The notes beneath the pieces were generated by a model. The model made no database searches, had not been told where the DNA came from, and was given only the letters and a program-made list of their open reading frames with translations. A stretch of 64,000 nucleotides of DNA from Spirochaetota bacterium (lineage in GTDB: Bacteria > Spirochaetota > UBA4802 > UBA5550): NCBI GenBank assembly GCA_050298055.1, contig JBNKTL010000008.1, positions 32,001-96,000 of the forward strand. The letters run 5' to 3'. Position 1 is the stretch's first letter; every line of letters begins with the position of its first letter. Positions 1-8,471 of the stretch are shown piece after piece. The position numbers and the translations under genes are program-made.

Positions 1-480
1 CTCATTTCTGAGGGATTTTAACTTCTCCCGGGCAAGGTGTACCTCAATTCCCGATGCAAGCCTGTCTGCGAGCAAGCTTCCCGCTGCTTTTTCAACTGAT
101 GCCGCGGTAATGATCTTCTGTGTTTCAATATCAATGACCCGGGCGGATATCCTGTTGCGTGAAATTGTTCCCGTGATCATCAGCTGGAGACCATGGACCT
201 TCCCTGCCTTTGCCGCTGTTTTTTCATCTACCAGACCGGACTGCCCCAGAACTATCTCTTTGATCAGCTTATCGGTTTCCGCCCTTTCGATGAGATCGAT
301 AAACCTGTATCCCGCAAGGCCCGATATAATATCCGACAACACCTCTTTTGACCTCTTGCTCCTGCTGTTCCCGGCGGTTGTATCATAGAAAGGCATCACC
401 CCTGTTCTCAGCCGGCTGCTTTCCGCGTAAGAAGTAAAAGAGAGAATAAGGATGAGTAACAGTATTCCGGGAATTTTCAT
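1..480 (-). CDS. CsgG/HfaB-like exported protein (partial, runs off left edge)
   Basis: Not in the ORF track; translated by hand from ATG at 480: MKIPGILLLILISLFTSYAES...GVMPFYD...FIDLIERAETDKLIKEIVLGQSGLVDEKTAAKAGKVHGLQLMITGTI...ISARVIDIETQKII. This is a signal peptide plus CsgG-type motifs. ATGA overlap with the upstream gene. Confidence 0.75.
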   Translation of the reverse strand, partial: MKIPGILLLILILSFTSYAESSRLRTGVMPFYDTTAGNSRSKRSKEVLSDIISGLAGYRFIDLIERAETDKLIKEIVLGQSGLVDEKTAAKAGKVHGLQLMITGTISRNRISARVIDIETQKIITAASVEKAAGSLLADRLASGIEVHLAREKLKSLRNE

Positions 481-863
481 TTTTGCCCCCCATACTTTTG
501 ACTAGCTTCATTATCGATGTTCCTTATTTCAGCATGAAGGCCTTTCTCCTTCATGGCTTTTAATGCCTTTGCCTTAAGCTGAACGGCCTCGTTATAGTCT
601 GCTTCCGCTTTTTTAAAAAGTTTTTCGTTTTCAGGGGTTTTACTGCTTTGGAACTTCATTTGAGCATTTTTAAGTTCTCTCTCTTTCTGGTAGAGGTTAT
701 TGGTACATGATTTATAGACAAATTTTCTTTTATCAGCATCGGTGAAGCCAACAACCATGAATACAACTACGGCCATAAAGCCCATGGTTATTACAACAAG
801 TATGATCCTGACAAGCCTGGCAAATTCCCTTCTCTTCACCGGGTCTGTGGGTACAAGGTCCAT
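477..863 (-). CDS. hypothetical membrane protein (one TM helix plus coiled-coil)
   Basis: 128 aa ORF, GGAGG RBS upstream, hydrophobic segment ILVVITMGFMAVVVFMVVGF, stop overlaps the next start. Confidence 0.7.
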   Translation of the reverse strand: MDLVPTDPVKRREFARLVRIILVVITMGFMAVVVFMVVGFTDADKRKFVYKSCTNNLYQKERELKNAQMKFQSSKTPENEKLFKKAEADYNEAVQLKAKALKAMKEKGLHAEIRNIDNEASQKYGGQK

Positions 864-1136
864 TTATATCCTCCGAATTGAACGAGATTGTATTAACAAT
901 AACCGGTTATTATGAAATGATGTCAACTATTAATAGCCAAGAGACGGTAACAACCGGTCTGCATATTCTGTACCATTTTGGCTTTTTTCTTCGGAAGATA
1001 ATTTGCTCGATCGGGTAGTGCTTGAACTCTATTACAGGTTCGGTTTTTGGGGAGAGCGGAAGACCCATGGACTCGGATGTTATATTAAATTTTTAGCGGT
1101 TAAACGGGATGAGCGTAAATAACCGCTTACAAACCA

Positions 1137-1250
1137 TCAGAGCTTGTTCAGGATATCATCCTCCTGCTTCCTGTTAAGCCGGTAGCTGCCGCCCAGAAGG
1201 AGAGCAACAGCAAGTATTATAAGAAAAATTGTAACGAGATGTAGATCCAT
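1137..1250 (-). CDS. small 37-aa single-TM peptide
   Basis: Translated by hand: MDLHLVTIFLIILAVALLLGGSYRLNRKQEDDILNKL*. AAGGTG RBS-like motif upstream; hairpin agcggtta...taaccgct (1095-1127) just downstream. Confidence 0.45.
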   Translation of the reverse strand: MDLHLVTIFLIILAVALLLGGSYRLNRKQEDDILNKL

Positions 1251-1458
1251 TAAAGCACCTTTAATGTGACATAAGATATTTTACAGAACAAAGTAATAAT
1301 GGGCAGGGTAAAAGTCAAGTGGCAGAGAAAAAAAAAGGAAAAAAAATTTATAATAATGAGGGCATTTGTTGTAGTATTGTACAGTTTTTTAACTCTGATA
1401 ATTGTTATAATAATTCCTTGACAGGAGGAAGCAACAGTAAATAGTAACGATATAAAAT

Positions 1459-1531
1459 GCGCCCGTAGCTCAATGGATAGAGCGTCGGACTTCGAATCCG
1501 TGCGTTGGAGGTTCGAATCCTCCCGGGCGTG
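1459..1531 (+). tRNA. tRNA-Arg(UCG)
   Basis: Acceptor stem GCGCCCG/CGGGCGT, D arm TAGCTCAATGGATAGAGC, anticodon loop CT-TCG-AA, T arm GGAGGTTCGAATCCTCC. CCA is not encoded. Confidence 0.93.
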
Positions 1532-1633
1532 CATTTTTTTAACCTGTTATACGGGACCCTTTCTTTAATATTTCAGAATTTACTGGAAAATCATTGTAAC
1601 CATTGCATAAGTTAAATAATCTTAACATTGAGG

Positions 1634-1740
1634 TAACTGATCGGCCATGTATGAAAATAATCTAATTCGATAAAATGATTACTGATGTGTCCCCGCCGCC
1701 CAGAGCGGCGGGGACACATTATTTATAGTGTAGTCAATGA
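1634..1740. repeat. fold-back repeat family 1, copy A (right arm truncated)
   Basis: Central hairpin atgtgtccccgccgc-ccaga-gcggcggggacacat (1685-1719); left arm homologous to the copies at 18653 and 61287. Confidence 0.8.
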
Positions 1741-1753
1741 AAGGAATAGAATC

Positions 1754-2056
1754 ATGAATGTCATAATGGATTTATGTGTTGTGCCCATGGGAGTGGGTGT
1801 TTCGGTTTCAAAATATATTGCCGCGTGCGAGGAGGTTCTTAAAGACTCGGGCCTGAAGACCGCTCTCCATGCCTACGGGACAAATATTGAGGGTGAATGG
1901 GACGATGTCATGGCTTCGGTGAAAAAATGTCATGAGAAGGTCCATGAGATGGGGGCGCCGAGAATTACCACAACAATTAAACTGGGGACCCGTACTGACA
2001 GGGAACAGTCCATGGAAGATAAAATCGAGAGTGTTAACAGAAAAATCCGCAGGTAA
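1754..2056 (+). CDS. MTH1187/YkoF-like thiamine-binding protein (UPF0045)
   Basis: MNVIMDLCVVPMGVGVSVSKYIAAC...LHAYGTNIEGEWD...GAPRITTTIKLGTRTDREQSMEDKIESV; start set at ATG 1754 after an AAGGA RBS. Confidence 0.9.
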   Translation: MNVIMDLCVVPMGVGVSVSKYIAACEEVLKDSGLKTALHAYGTNIEGEWDDVMASVKKCHEKVHEMGAPRITTTIKLGTRTDREQSMEDKIESVNRKIRR

Positions 2057-2069
2057 GCTCACGGAATCA

Positions 2070-2885
2070 ATGATGAAACCTGAAAAACTCTACATATACG
2101 AGATAGAGGGAATTTTGAATCCCCGGAGAAACAGTATGGGAGAGAGTTTCATGGGATGCTGGAACGAGGCGGGACACTCCTACCTCTTCTTTTCTTCACC
2201 GGGGAAGGTCCTGGTTGATGAGATTATCGGGTCCCGGGATGATCTCAATCTTGCAGGTGAAATCGAGATGGACTATGAGGACTGGGAACCTGAAGACGCA
2301 TTTATCCCCTTTGAAATACCTCCGCTGAGATTTGTTCCCCCCTGGATGGACCCGGGTGAAGGGATGATGAAAACCGTGAGTATCGATCCCGGTGTTGTCT
2401 TCGGCGCGGGGACCCACAGCACTACCTTCAAATGCATTGAGTTCCTGGTTGATCTCATGGAGAGGCAGTGTATAGATACAGTCCTTGATCTCGGTACGGG
2501 GACAGGGATTCTCGCTGTGTCCGCCGCACTGCTGGGGGCCGGTGATGTAACGGCAGTGGACAACAACAATCTCGCAGTTGAAACTGCCGGGAGAAATGTT
2601 GAATTAAATAAGCTGGGTCATGTTGTTCGATGTGAAACAGGGGACGCGTCAGGTTACATGGAGACCGGTGCGGATCTTGTCCTGGCCAATATCATAGCCT
2701 GGAAGCTTACGGAGATGTTCATGGCTGGGAGAAAACTTGCCGCCCGGTATTATATCATTTCCGGGATCAGGGAGTCCCAGCTGGGGGAAATCCTGGAAAC
2801 TCTTTACCCTCACAACCTGGAGGTCTTAAAAACAGAAACGGACAACTCCTGGAGCACACTTCTTTTAAAGAACAGGCTTATATAA
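2070..2885 (+). CDS. prmA: ribosomal protein L11 methyltransferase-like
   Basis: IDPGVVFGAGTHSTT, VLDLGTGTGILA, DLVLANI and IISGI motifs. Confidence 0.85.
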   Translation: MMKPEKLYIYEIEGILNPRRNSMGESFMGCWNEAGHSYLFFSSPGKVLVDEIIGSRDDLNLAGEIEMDYEDWEPEDAFIPFEIPPLRFVPPWMDPGEGMMKTVSIDPGVVFGAGTHSTTFKCIEFLVDLMERQCIDTVLDLGTGTGILAVSAALLGAGDVTAVDNNNLAVETAGRNVELNKLGHVVRCETGDASGYMETGADLVLANIIAWKLTEMFMAGRKLAARYYIISGIRESQLGEILETLYPHNLEVLKTETDNSWSTLLLKNRLI

Positions 2886-3016
2886 ATATTATTTGTTTTA
2901 TTCAGGGAAAATTTATTTGAAATTTAGAAAATTAAGGGGAATAATTCCTTTTATTATAGAAAAAAATTTGAAAGTTGATTTGCCGGCGGTTCATACCCGT
3001 CCGGTAAGCAGGATTA

Positions 3017-6000
3017 ATGATGAAAAAATACCGCGTAGGTTTTGATATAGGGACAGATTCCATTCACTCTCTTGTTCTTGACACTGAAGGAGAACCTGTC
3101 TCTTCCCCGGAGACTCTCTTTCATTTTGGCAACCCGGTAGAGGCACTGCAGGACCTCTATTCGGACATTATTGACGAATTCGGTTATGATAATATAGAAA
3201 CAGTGGCCTTTACAGGGAGCGGGGGAAGTTTCATCGCCGAGGCCCTGGGCGCCCCCTTTACTCACGACACCATTACTATTCCGGAAGGGATGCACTGCAT
3301 AGAGCCGGAAGCTGATTATGTATTTCATATAGGGGCAAAGGACGCCTACTATTTTGAAATGGAGAGAGTAAACTCCGGTAACGGCAGGAAGGTCTTTACG
3401 CCGGACCACAGCACGGGGACAAAGTGCGGGGGGGGAAGCGGTATTCTCATTACAAAGCAGTGCCGCAGATTTTTTGAAAATCTCTTCCCCGTAAAGCTTG
3501 ACGGCAGCAGAAAGAAGAACCGGCTGATCATGCAGGAGAGGCTTGAGAAGGTATACGGGCGCGCGGAAGAGGAGATGAGCGAGGCCGGTAAAGAACTGAG
3601 TGTGGGGGGCAGGTGCGGAGTTGTTATTCAGTCGGATATGATCCATCTCCAGAACAGGGGTGAAAGTATCAAAAACATCCTCAACGGCATGTACAGAAGG
3701 GTCATAAAAAATTACCGTACCGATGTACTGAAGACCAGAACCTTTAAAAGCGGCCTCAAAGGTGCGGTATCCGGGGGCATCTTCAGGAACAGGCTCCTTG
3801 TGGAAATGCTGAGAGATGAACTGGGTATCGAGATAATCGTTCCTGAACATCTTGAAGCTGCCGGGGCCCTGGGCGCACTCCTCAAGGCGGGAAAGAAGAA
3901 ATTCAGGTTTCGTCCGGAAGACCTTAATGAAGCGGCAGGCAGGGAGAGGGGCAGGGTCGAATTTGCCCCTTCACTGCGGAGTTCTCTGAAAAGTGTGAAG
4001 ATCTACCCGGAAGATACGGTTGAAGCTCTCAGGGAGGACCTCAGGCTCTATATCACGGAGAACGGCAGGATACGGGACGTGGTCATCGGACTTGACGGCG
4101 GCTCAACAACCACGAAAGCGATCATTGCCGAGACGGGCACATTGAAAATTATCGGGGAGATATGCCTCTCTACAAACGGAAAGCCGCTGCAGACAGCGCA
4201 GGAGATATTCAGACAGGTAAACCTCTACCTGGGCGAGAGGATAAATATTAAAGGGATCGCCTATACGGGCTCTTCGGGATCATTCTACCACAGGCTCTTC
4301 ACCGATACCGGCAGGGAGAGAGAGATTAAGGACGTGGACATGGTCAAGGATGAGATAACCTGCCATGCCCTGGGTGTCAGGAACTACAACAGTGACGTTG
4401 ATACGGTCTTTGAACTGGGAGGACAGGATGCAAAGTTCACCCTCTTTAACGGTGATGGCAGCGTAAAAAAATCGAAGATGAACCTGAGCTGCATGGCGGG
4501 GACCGGCCAGACAATGCAGAACATGGTGGAGATGCTTGGCCTTGATATAAATTCCTCATTCCACCAGTTTGCCCTGAGCGCTGAAAGGACCCCCGTTGTT
4601 GACGATACCTGCGGCGTTTTCACCGAGGCGGGTATTGCCAAACTCATAGCCCTGGGCTTTCCCCGGGAGGAAGTTGCCGCTGCCATTGTTTACGGTTTCA
4701 TGGGCGGGTATGTGAACAAGTTCATCGGTAACGAACAGTTTGGGGACTTTGCGTCCGCCCAGGGGGGGCCCTTTAACGGCGAATCGTGCCTTGCCGCCCT
4801 TGCCATGCTTACGGGGATGAAGATCCATGCCTTTCCCCACAGGCAGCTCTTCGGCGCCCTTGGTGCGGCAATTGCCGTGAACAACGAGATTGAACAGTGC
4901 ATTAGGGAAGGGATTGGATATACAAGCAGGTTCAGAGGGCTTGAGATATACAAAACCGAATTCAAGCCGGGAATAAAGCAGTGCAACAGCCTTATAAAGG
5001 ACTCATGCGGGGTTAAGGACTGTGTGCTCCAGGTGTTTCATGTCGACGGGGACCCTGTCTATTCCGGCGGGGCGTGTCCCAAAGGGAATTCAGGCTCAAG
5101 CAGGGATAAGGCCCCCAACTATGTAGATTTATACCGGAGAATACTGGAGAAGCACCTTGCCAGGTTTTCCTCTGATCTGGATAATCCGAAAGAAAGGGAG
5201 AGGGTGCTGATACCGAGGAGTCTTACCTTTCTCAACGAAAAAGGTGTCTATTATACCGCCTTTTATCACAGCCTGGGATTTGATGTTGCCGTATCACCCC
5301 CTTCCGATGATGAAATCGTTGAGGAGGGGATAAAGGCTTCTCATTCGGAAACATGTTTCCCGGTCAAACTTGCCCATGGCCATGCAGCCAGACTGAAAAA
5401 AAAGATGAGACCGGGGCGTGATAAGATACTTCTTCTGAACGCGCTGGGTGTGGGGTCAACCCGCTTCTGTCCCTATGTGGCCGGAGACGGTTTTCTCACA
5501 AAGGAGGCATTAAAGATTGACAACAGCCAGGCGCTTCTTCCTGTTCTTCATTTCGAGAACCCGGACCACAGGGTAGACAGGACCCTGTTCAATGACCTTA
5601 AAAGGGTGTTCGGTTCACGGTTCGGCATGAAGCAGGTAAAGAGCGCACTTGAAAAGGCCGAAGAGGCGGAGAAGGAGTTTCTTGATGAGATACAGAACAC
5701 CGGTGAGAAGATCGTCGCATCCCTCAAAAAAAAGAATGAGAATATCTATATCGCCATAGGGAGGGGATACACCATCTTTGATGATATGGCAAGCTCAAAG
5801 ATCCATGAACTCTTTGCTTCCAACGGTATGCATTTTCTCCCCTCGTTTTTCCTGAAAAACCCCGACTATGATATCGAAGAGATATCGGAGAACATGTACT
5901 GGTACCAGGGGAAAAGGATTATCAATTACAGCCTGATGACAGCTATGGACCCGGACATGTTTCCGGTGCGGGAGACCAACTTCAACTGCGGGACCGATTC

Positions 6001-7468
6001 CATGATCACCTATCATGAGGAATATATTCTCAACAAGGCGGAGAAGCCGCACCTTATTCTCCAGACGGACGGCCATTCAAGCAACGCGCAGTTCGGGACC
6101 AGGGCCCTGGCCAACAACGAGGTTGTGAAGGATTACAGTCACAAAACCCTGGAGAAGAAGGACTTTCTCAGGGGTGTGAACCATCCCCGGATTGATAAGA
6201 GGATCGTGGGGATTCCCTATATGGGCGAAAACGCCTATATGGTCGCCGCATCACTGAGGGCCATAAACATTGAGTCGGAGGTGATGAAGACCCGCACGGA
6301 GAATTCCGCACGGCTTGCCAGGAAGTTTGTCACCTCCAACGCATGCAGTCCCTTTTCATTCCAGGTTGGCGATTGTCTTGCCTGGCTCTATGAACTGCAG
6401 GAGAGGGGGATCGATCCCAATACCCGGGCATCGGTTTTCCAGCCCATGGCCAAGGGGCCGTGCCGGTTCGGGCAGTACTATGTTCTCCTGAGAAACTTTA
6501 TCGATGAAAACGGTTTTCCCGGCGTGGGAATACTCAGCCCCGACAGTGATAAAGATTATTCCAATATTCCCGTTAACAGCGAGGACATGTCGAGGCTTAT
6601 CCGCATCTACTTCAAGGGAACATTCTGCAACGACCTGCTGGAAGATTCCCTTCTCAGGGTGAGGCCCTACGAAAAGGACCCCGGTTCCGCGGAAAATCTC
6701 TACAGGGAGCTTGCTCCCGGTCTGGTGGCACTCATTGAAGCGGGGGCGGAAACCGAAAAACTGGTGAACTTCATGAGGGAAGCCGCTCCCCGTTACTGGG
6801 AGCTTATGGATAGATCTCATAAGAGAAAACCCCTGGTGGTTATGAACGGTGAAATATTCGTCAGGTCACACCCGGAAGCCAACCAGCATTCCATAAAACT
6901 CCTGGAGAAATACGGGCTTGAGGTGAAGCTTGCGTCCCTCAACCAGTGGTTTGAGTATACCAATAAAAAATCCATACGACAGTACAGAAAATCCCATGAA
7001 TGGAAAAACATGCTCAAGGCTACAATTAAAAGACAATACATGAGAATGACCGGTGAAAAACTTTCGGCCCCCTTCCGGGAACTCCTGGAAGGGAGGGAAG
7101 GGCATGATACCGATCATATGATCAGCTGCGCCCAGGAGGCCCTGATCTATGACAAGCTGATCACCGGTGAATCTCCCCTCACCATCGGGGAAGCGCACCT
7201 CTTTACCAGGGGGGAACTCCACGGGATTTCCGGTATTTATCATGTGGGCCCCTTCGGGTGCATGCACGAAACAGCTGCAACATCGCAGATCCAGTCACTT
7301 ACCCAGAAACAGAGGACGGAGGCCGTATCAATTAATGACAGGATCATTCCCTTCATGGATGCTGTTTTCGGTGATTCCGAGCTCTCGAACCTTGAAGCGG
7401 AGATTGCCGCCTTTGCGGAAAAGTGTTATATAAAACAGGAGATCTCATTGAGGGAGAACCGGAACTGA
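3017..7468 (+). CDS. 2-hydroxyacyl-CoA dehydratase activator-related fusion (two BadF/BcrA-type ASKHA ATPase domains, DUF2229, C-terminal dehydratase-like region)
   Basis: GFDIGT and GLDGGSTTTK ATPase motifs, ELGGQDAK, MNLSCMAGTG, CGVFTE, SETCFPVKLAHGH, NFNCGTDS, GPCRFGQY, GPFGCM. Confidence 0.85.
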   Translation: MMKKYRVGFDIGTDSIHSLVLDTEGEPVSSPETLFHFGNPVEALQDLYSDIIDEFGYDNIETVAFTGSGGSFIAEALGAPFTHDTITIPEGMHCIEPEADYVFHIGAKDAYYFEMERVNSGNGRKVFTPDHSTGTKCGGGSGILITKQCRRFFENLFPVKLDGSRKKNRLIMQERLEKVYGRAEEEMSEAGKELSVGGRCGVVIQSDMIHLQNRGESIKNILNGMYRRVIKNYRTDVLKTRTFKSGLKGAVSGGIFRNRLLVEMLRDELGIEIIVPEHLEAAGALGALLKAGKKKFRFRPEDLNEAAGRERGRVEFAPSLRSSLKSVKIYPEDTVEALREDLRLYITENGRIRDVVIGLDGGSTTTKAIIAETGTLKIIGEICLSTNGKPLQTAQEIFRQVNLYLGERINIKGIAYTGSSGSFYHRLFTDTGREREIKDVDMVKDEITCHALGVRNYNSDVDTVFELGGQDAKFTLFNGDGSVKKSKMNLSCMAGTGQTMQNMVEMLGLDINSSFHQFALSAERTPVVDDTCGVFTEAGIAKLIALGFPREEVAAAIVYGFMGGYVNKFIGNEQFGDFASAQGGPFNGESCLAALAMLTGMKIHAFPHRQLFGALGAAIAVNNEIEQCIREGIGYTSRFRGLEIYKTEFKPGIKQCNSLIKDSCGVKDCVLQVFHVDGDPVYSGGACPKGNSGSSRDKAPNYVDLYRRILEKHLARFSSDLDNPKERERVLIPRSLTFLNEKGVYYTAFYHSLGFDVAVSPPSDDEIVEEGIKASHSETCFPVKLAHGHAARLKKKMRPGRDKILLLNALGVGSTRFCPYVAGDGFLTKEALKIDNSQALLPVLHFENPDHRVDRTLFNDLKRVFGSRFGMKQVKSALEKAEEAEKEFLDEIQNTGEKIVASLKKKNENIYIAIGRGYTIFDDMASSKIHELFASNGMHFLPSFFLKNPDYDIEEISENMYWYQGKRIINYSLMTAMDPDMFPVRETNFNCGTDSMITYHEEYILNKAEKPHLILQTDGHSSNAQFGTRALANNEVVKDYSHKTLEKKDFLRGVNHPRIDKRIVGIPYMGENAYMVAASLRAINIESEVMKTRTENSARLARKFVTSNACSPFSFQVGDCLAWLYELQERGIDPNTRASVFQPMAKGPCRFGQYYVLLRNFIDENGFPGVGILSPDSDKDYSNIPVNSEDMSRLIRIYFKGTFCNDLLEDSLLRVRPYEKDPGSAENLYRELAPGLVALIEAGAETEKLVNFMREAAPRYWELMDRSHKRKPLVVMNGEIFVRSHPEANQHSIKLLEKYGLEVKLASLNQWFEYTNKKSIRQYRKSHEWKNMLKATIKRQYMRMTGEKLSAPFRELLEGREGHDTDHMISCAQEALIYDKLITGESPLTIGEAHLFTRGELHGISGIYHVGPFGCMHETAATSQIQSLTQKQRTEAVSINDRIIPFMDAVFGDSELSNLEAEIAAFAEKCYIKQEISLRENRN

Positions 7469-7499
7469 TCCCGGAGTCACTGAGAGGAGAGGCCGGTCA

Positions 7500-8204
7500 A
7501 TGGATGAAAAAGATGACCTCATGAAGCTTGCGGGCTTCATAATAAACAGGACAACTAAATCTGACCTCAGGACCATACTCGACGCGTTCCGGTACAGGGT
7601 CGGCGGCAGTGAAGGGAGCAATCCTCTATCGGACCACCGGCTTGCAGGGAAAAATGATCTCAAATGGGCCGTTGATTATATCACCCGGAGGATGTCACCC
7701 GGTGAAATTGAACTGGTAAAGGGCGCCATTGAACGGAGGGTGGAACGGGAGACCGCTCCCTCTCTCAAACCTTCCACAGGAGGGGACCACGGGGCCTCTG
7801 ATATTATCAACAGCCTCCAGAAACAGATGGACGGGATTGCGGATTCTATCCGTAAGACCACCAGGATGGTCGCCGCGGACCTGATCCTCACCAGTGTTCC
7901 CGACATTCCCGATGAACACCTGCAGGTTCTCCTGGACGAATGGGTCCCGGTAACGGAAACATATAAGTTGGGGAGGCAGATACCCCCGGAACTCATGTAC
8001 ACCATGGTCGACCAGTTTGTGGCATACGGGCTCGGGAAGATTCCGGAGGAGGAACTGGAGGATTTTCCCGAAGGGTGGGCAACAAAGTACTGGGAGACTT
8101 TCCCCGAGTACATAAAACGGTATACGGGACTTCTCCTCCTCGGGAAGATAGAAGGGGACCTCTTCTGGAAGAAGATCGCGGAGTACCTGAAGGTTAAGAT
8201 ATAA
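7500..8204 (+). CDS. hypothetical protein with a duplicated N-terminal helical unit
   Basis: 234 aa, strong RBS (GAGGAG); DDLMKLAGFIINRTTKSDLRTILDAFRYRV resembles NDLKWAVDYITRRMSPGEIELVKGAIERRV. Confidence 0.7.
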   Translation: MDEKDDLMKLAGFIINRTTKSDLRTILDAFRYRVGGSEGSNPLSDHRLAGKNDLKWAVDYITRRMSPGEIELVKGAIERRVERETAPSLKPSTGGDHGASDIINSLQKQMDGIADSIRKTTRMVAADLILTSVPDIPDEHLQVLLDEWVPVTETYKLGRQIPPELMYTMVDQFVAYGLGKIPEEELEDFPEGWATKYWETFPEYIKRYTGLLLLGKIEGDLFWKKIAEYLKVKI

Positions 8205-8471
8205 CAGACCGGCGCTCAGATATCTTCGGCATTTATTTTTTCATACCAGCCGATTAATTATTATGCCTAAATAAATTACAGTAATTGACAAGATCCACTG
8301 TTTATATTAAAAGTTCAGTATTAATTCCTGAACTTCATCTATTACTCTGCAACTGAAATAGATTAGAGGGAATTTTATGGTTGTTAATTATGTGTAAATG
8401 CAAAGAAGCAGTTGAAATAATTATTAATACTCTGTGCCTCTGTGGCAGATTTAAAAATTTAGGATAAAACC

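Noticed and set aside
993..1164. 6S RNA candidate
   Set aside because: Terminal pairing and a GAAC/GTTC hairpin exist, but no convincing apical stem. Kept only as a low-interest finding.
1250..1534. 94-aa minus-strand ORF
   Set aside because: Antisense to the tRNA and an AT-rich promoter region; spurious
1459..1560. tRNA as an integration site for an island
   Set aside because: No integrase, and I found no duplicated tRNA 3' end in the window
1685..1753. N-terminal extension MCPRRPERRGH of the thiamine-binding protein
   Set aside because: It is the translated palindromic repeat; the real start with RBS is at 1754
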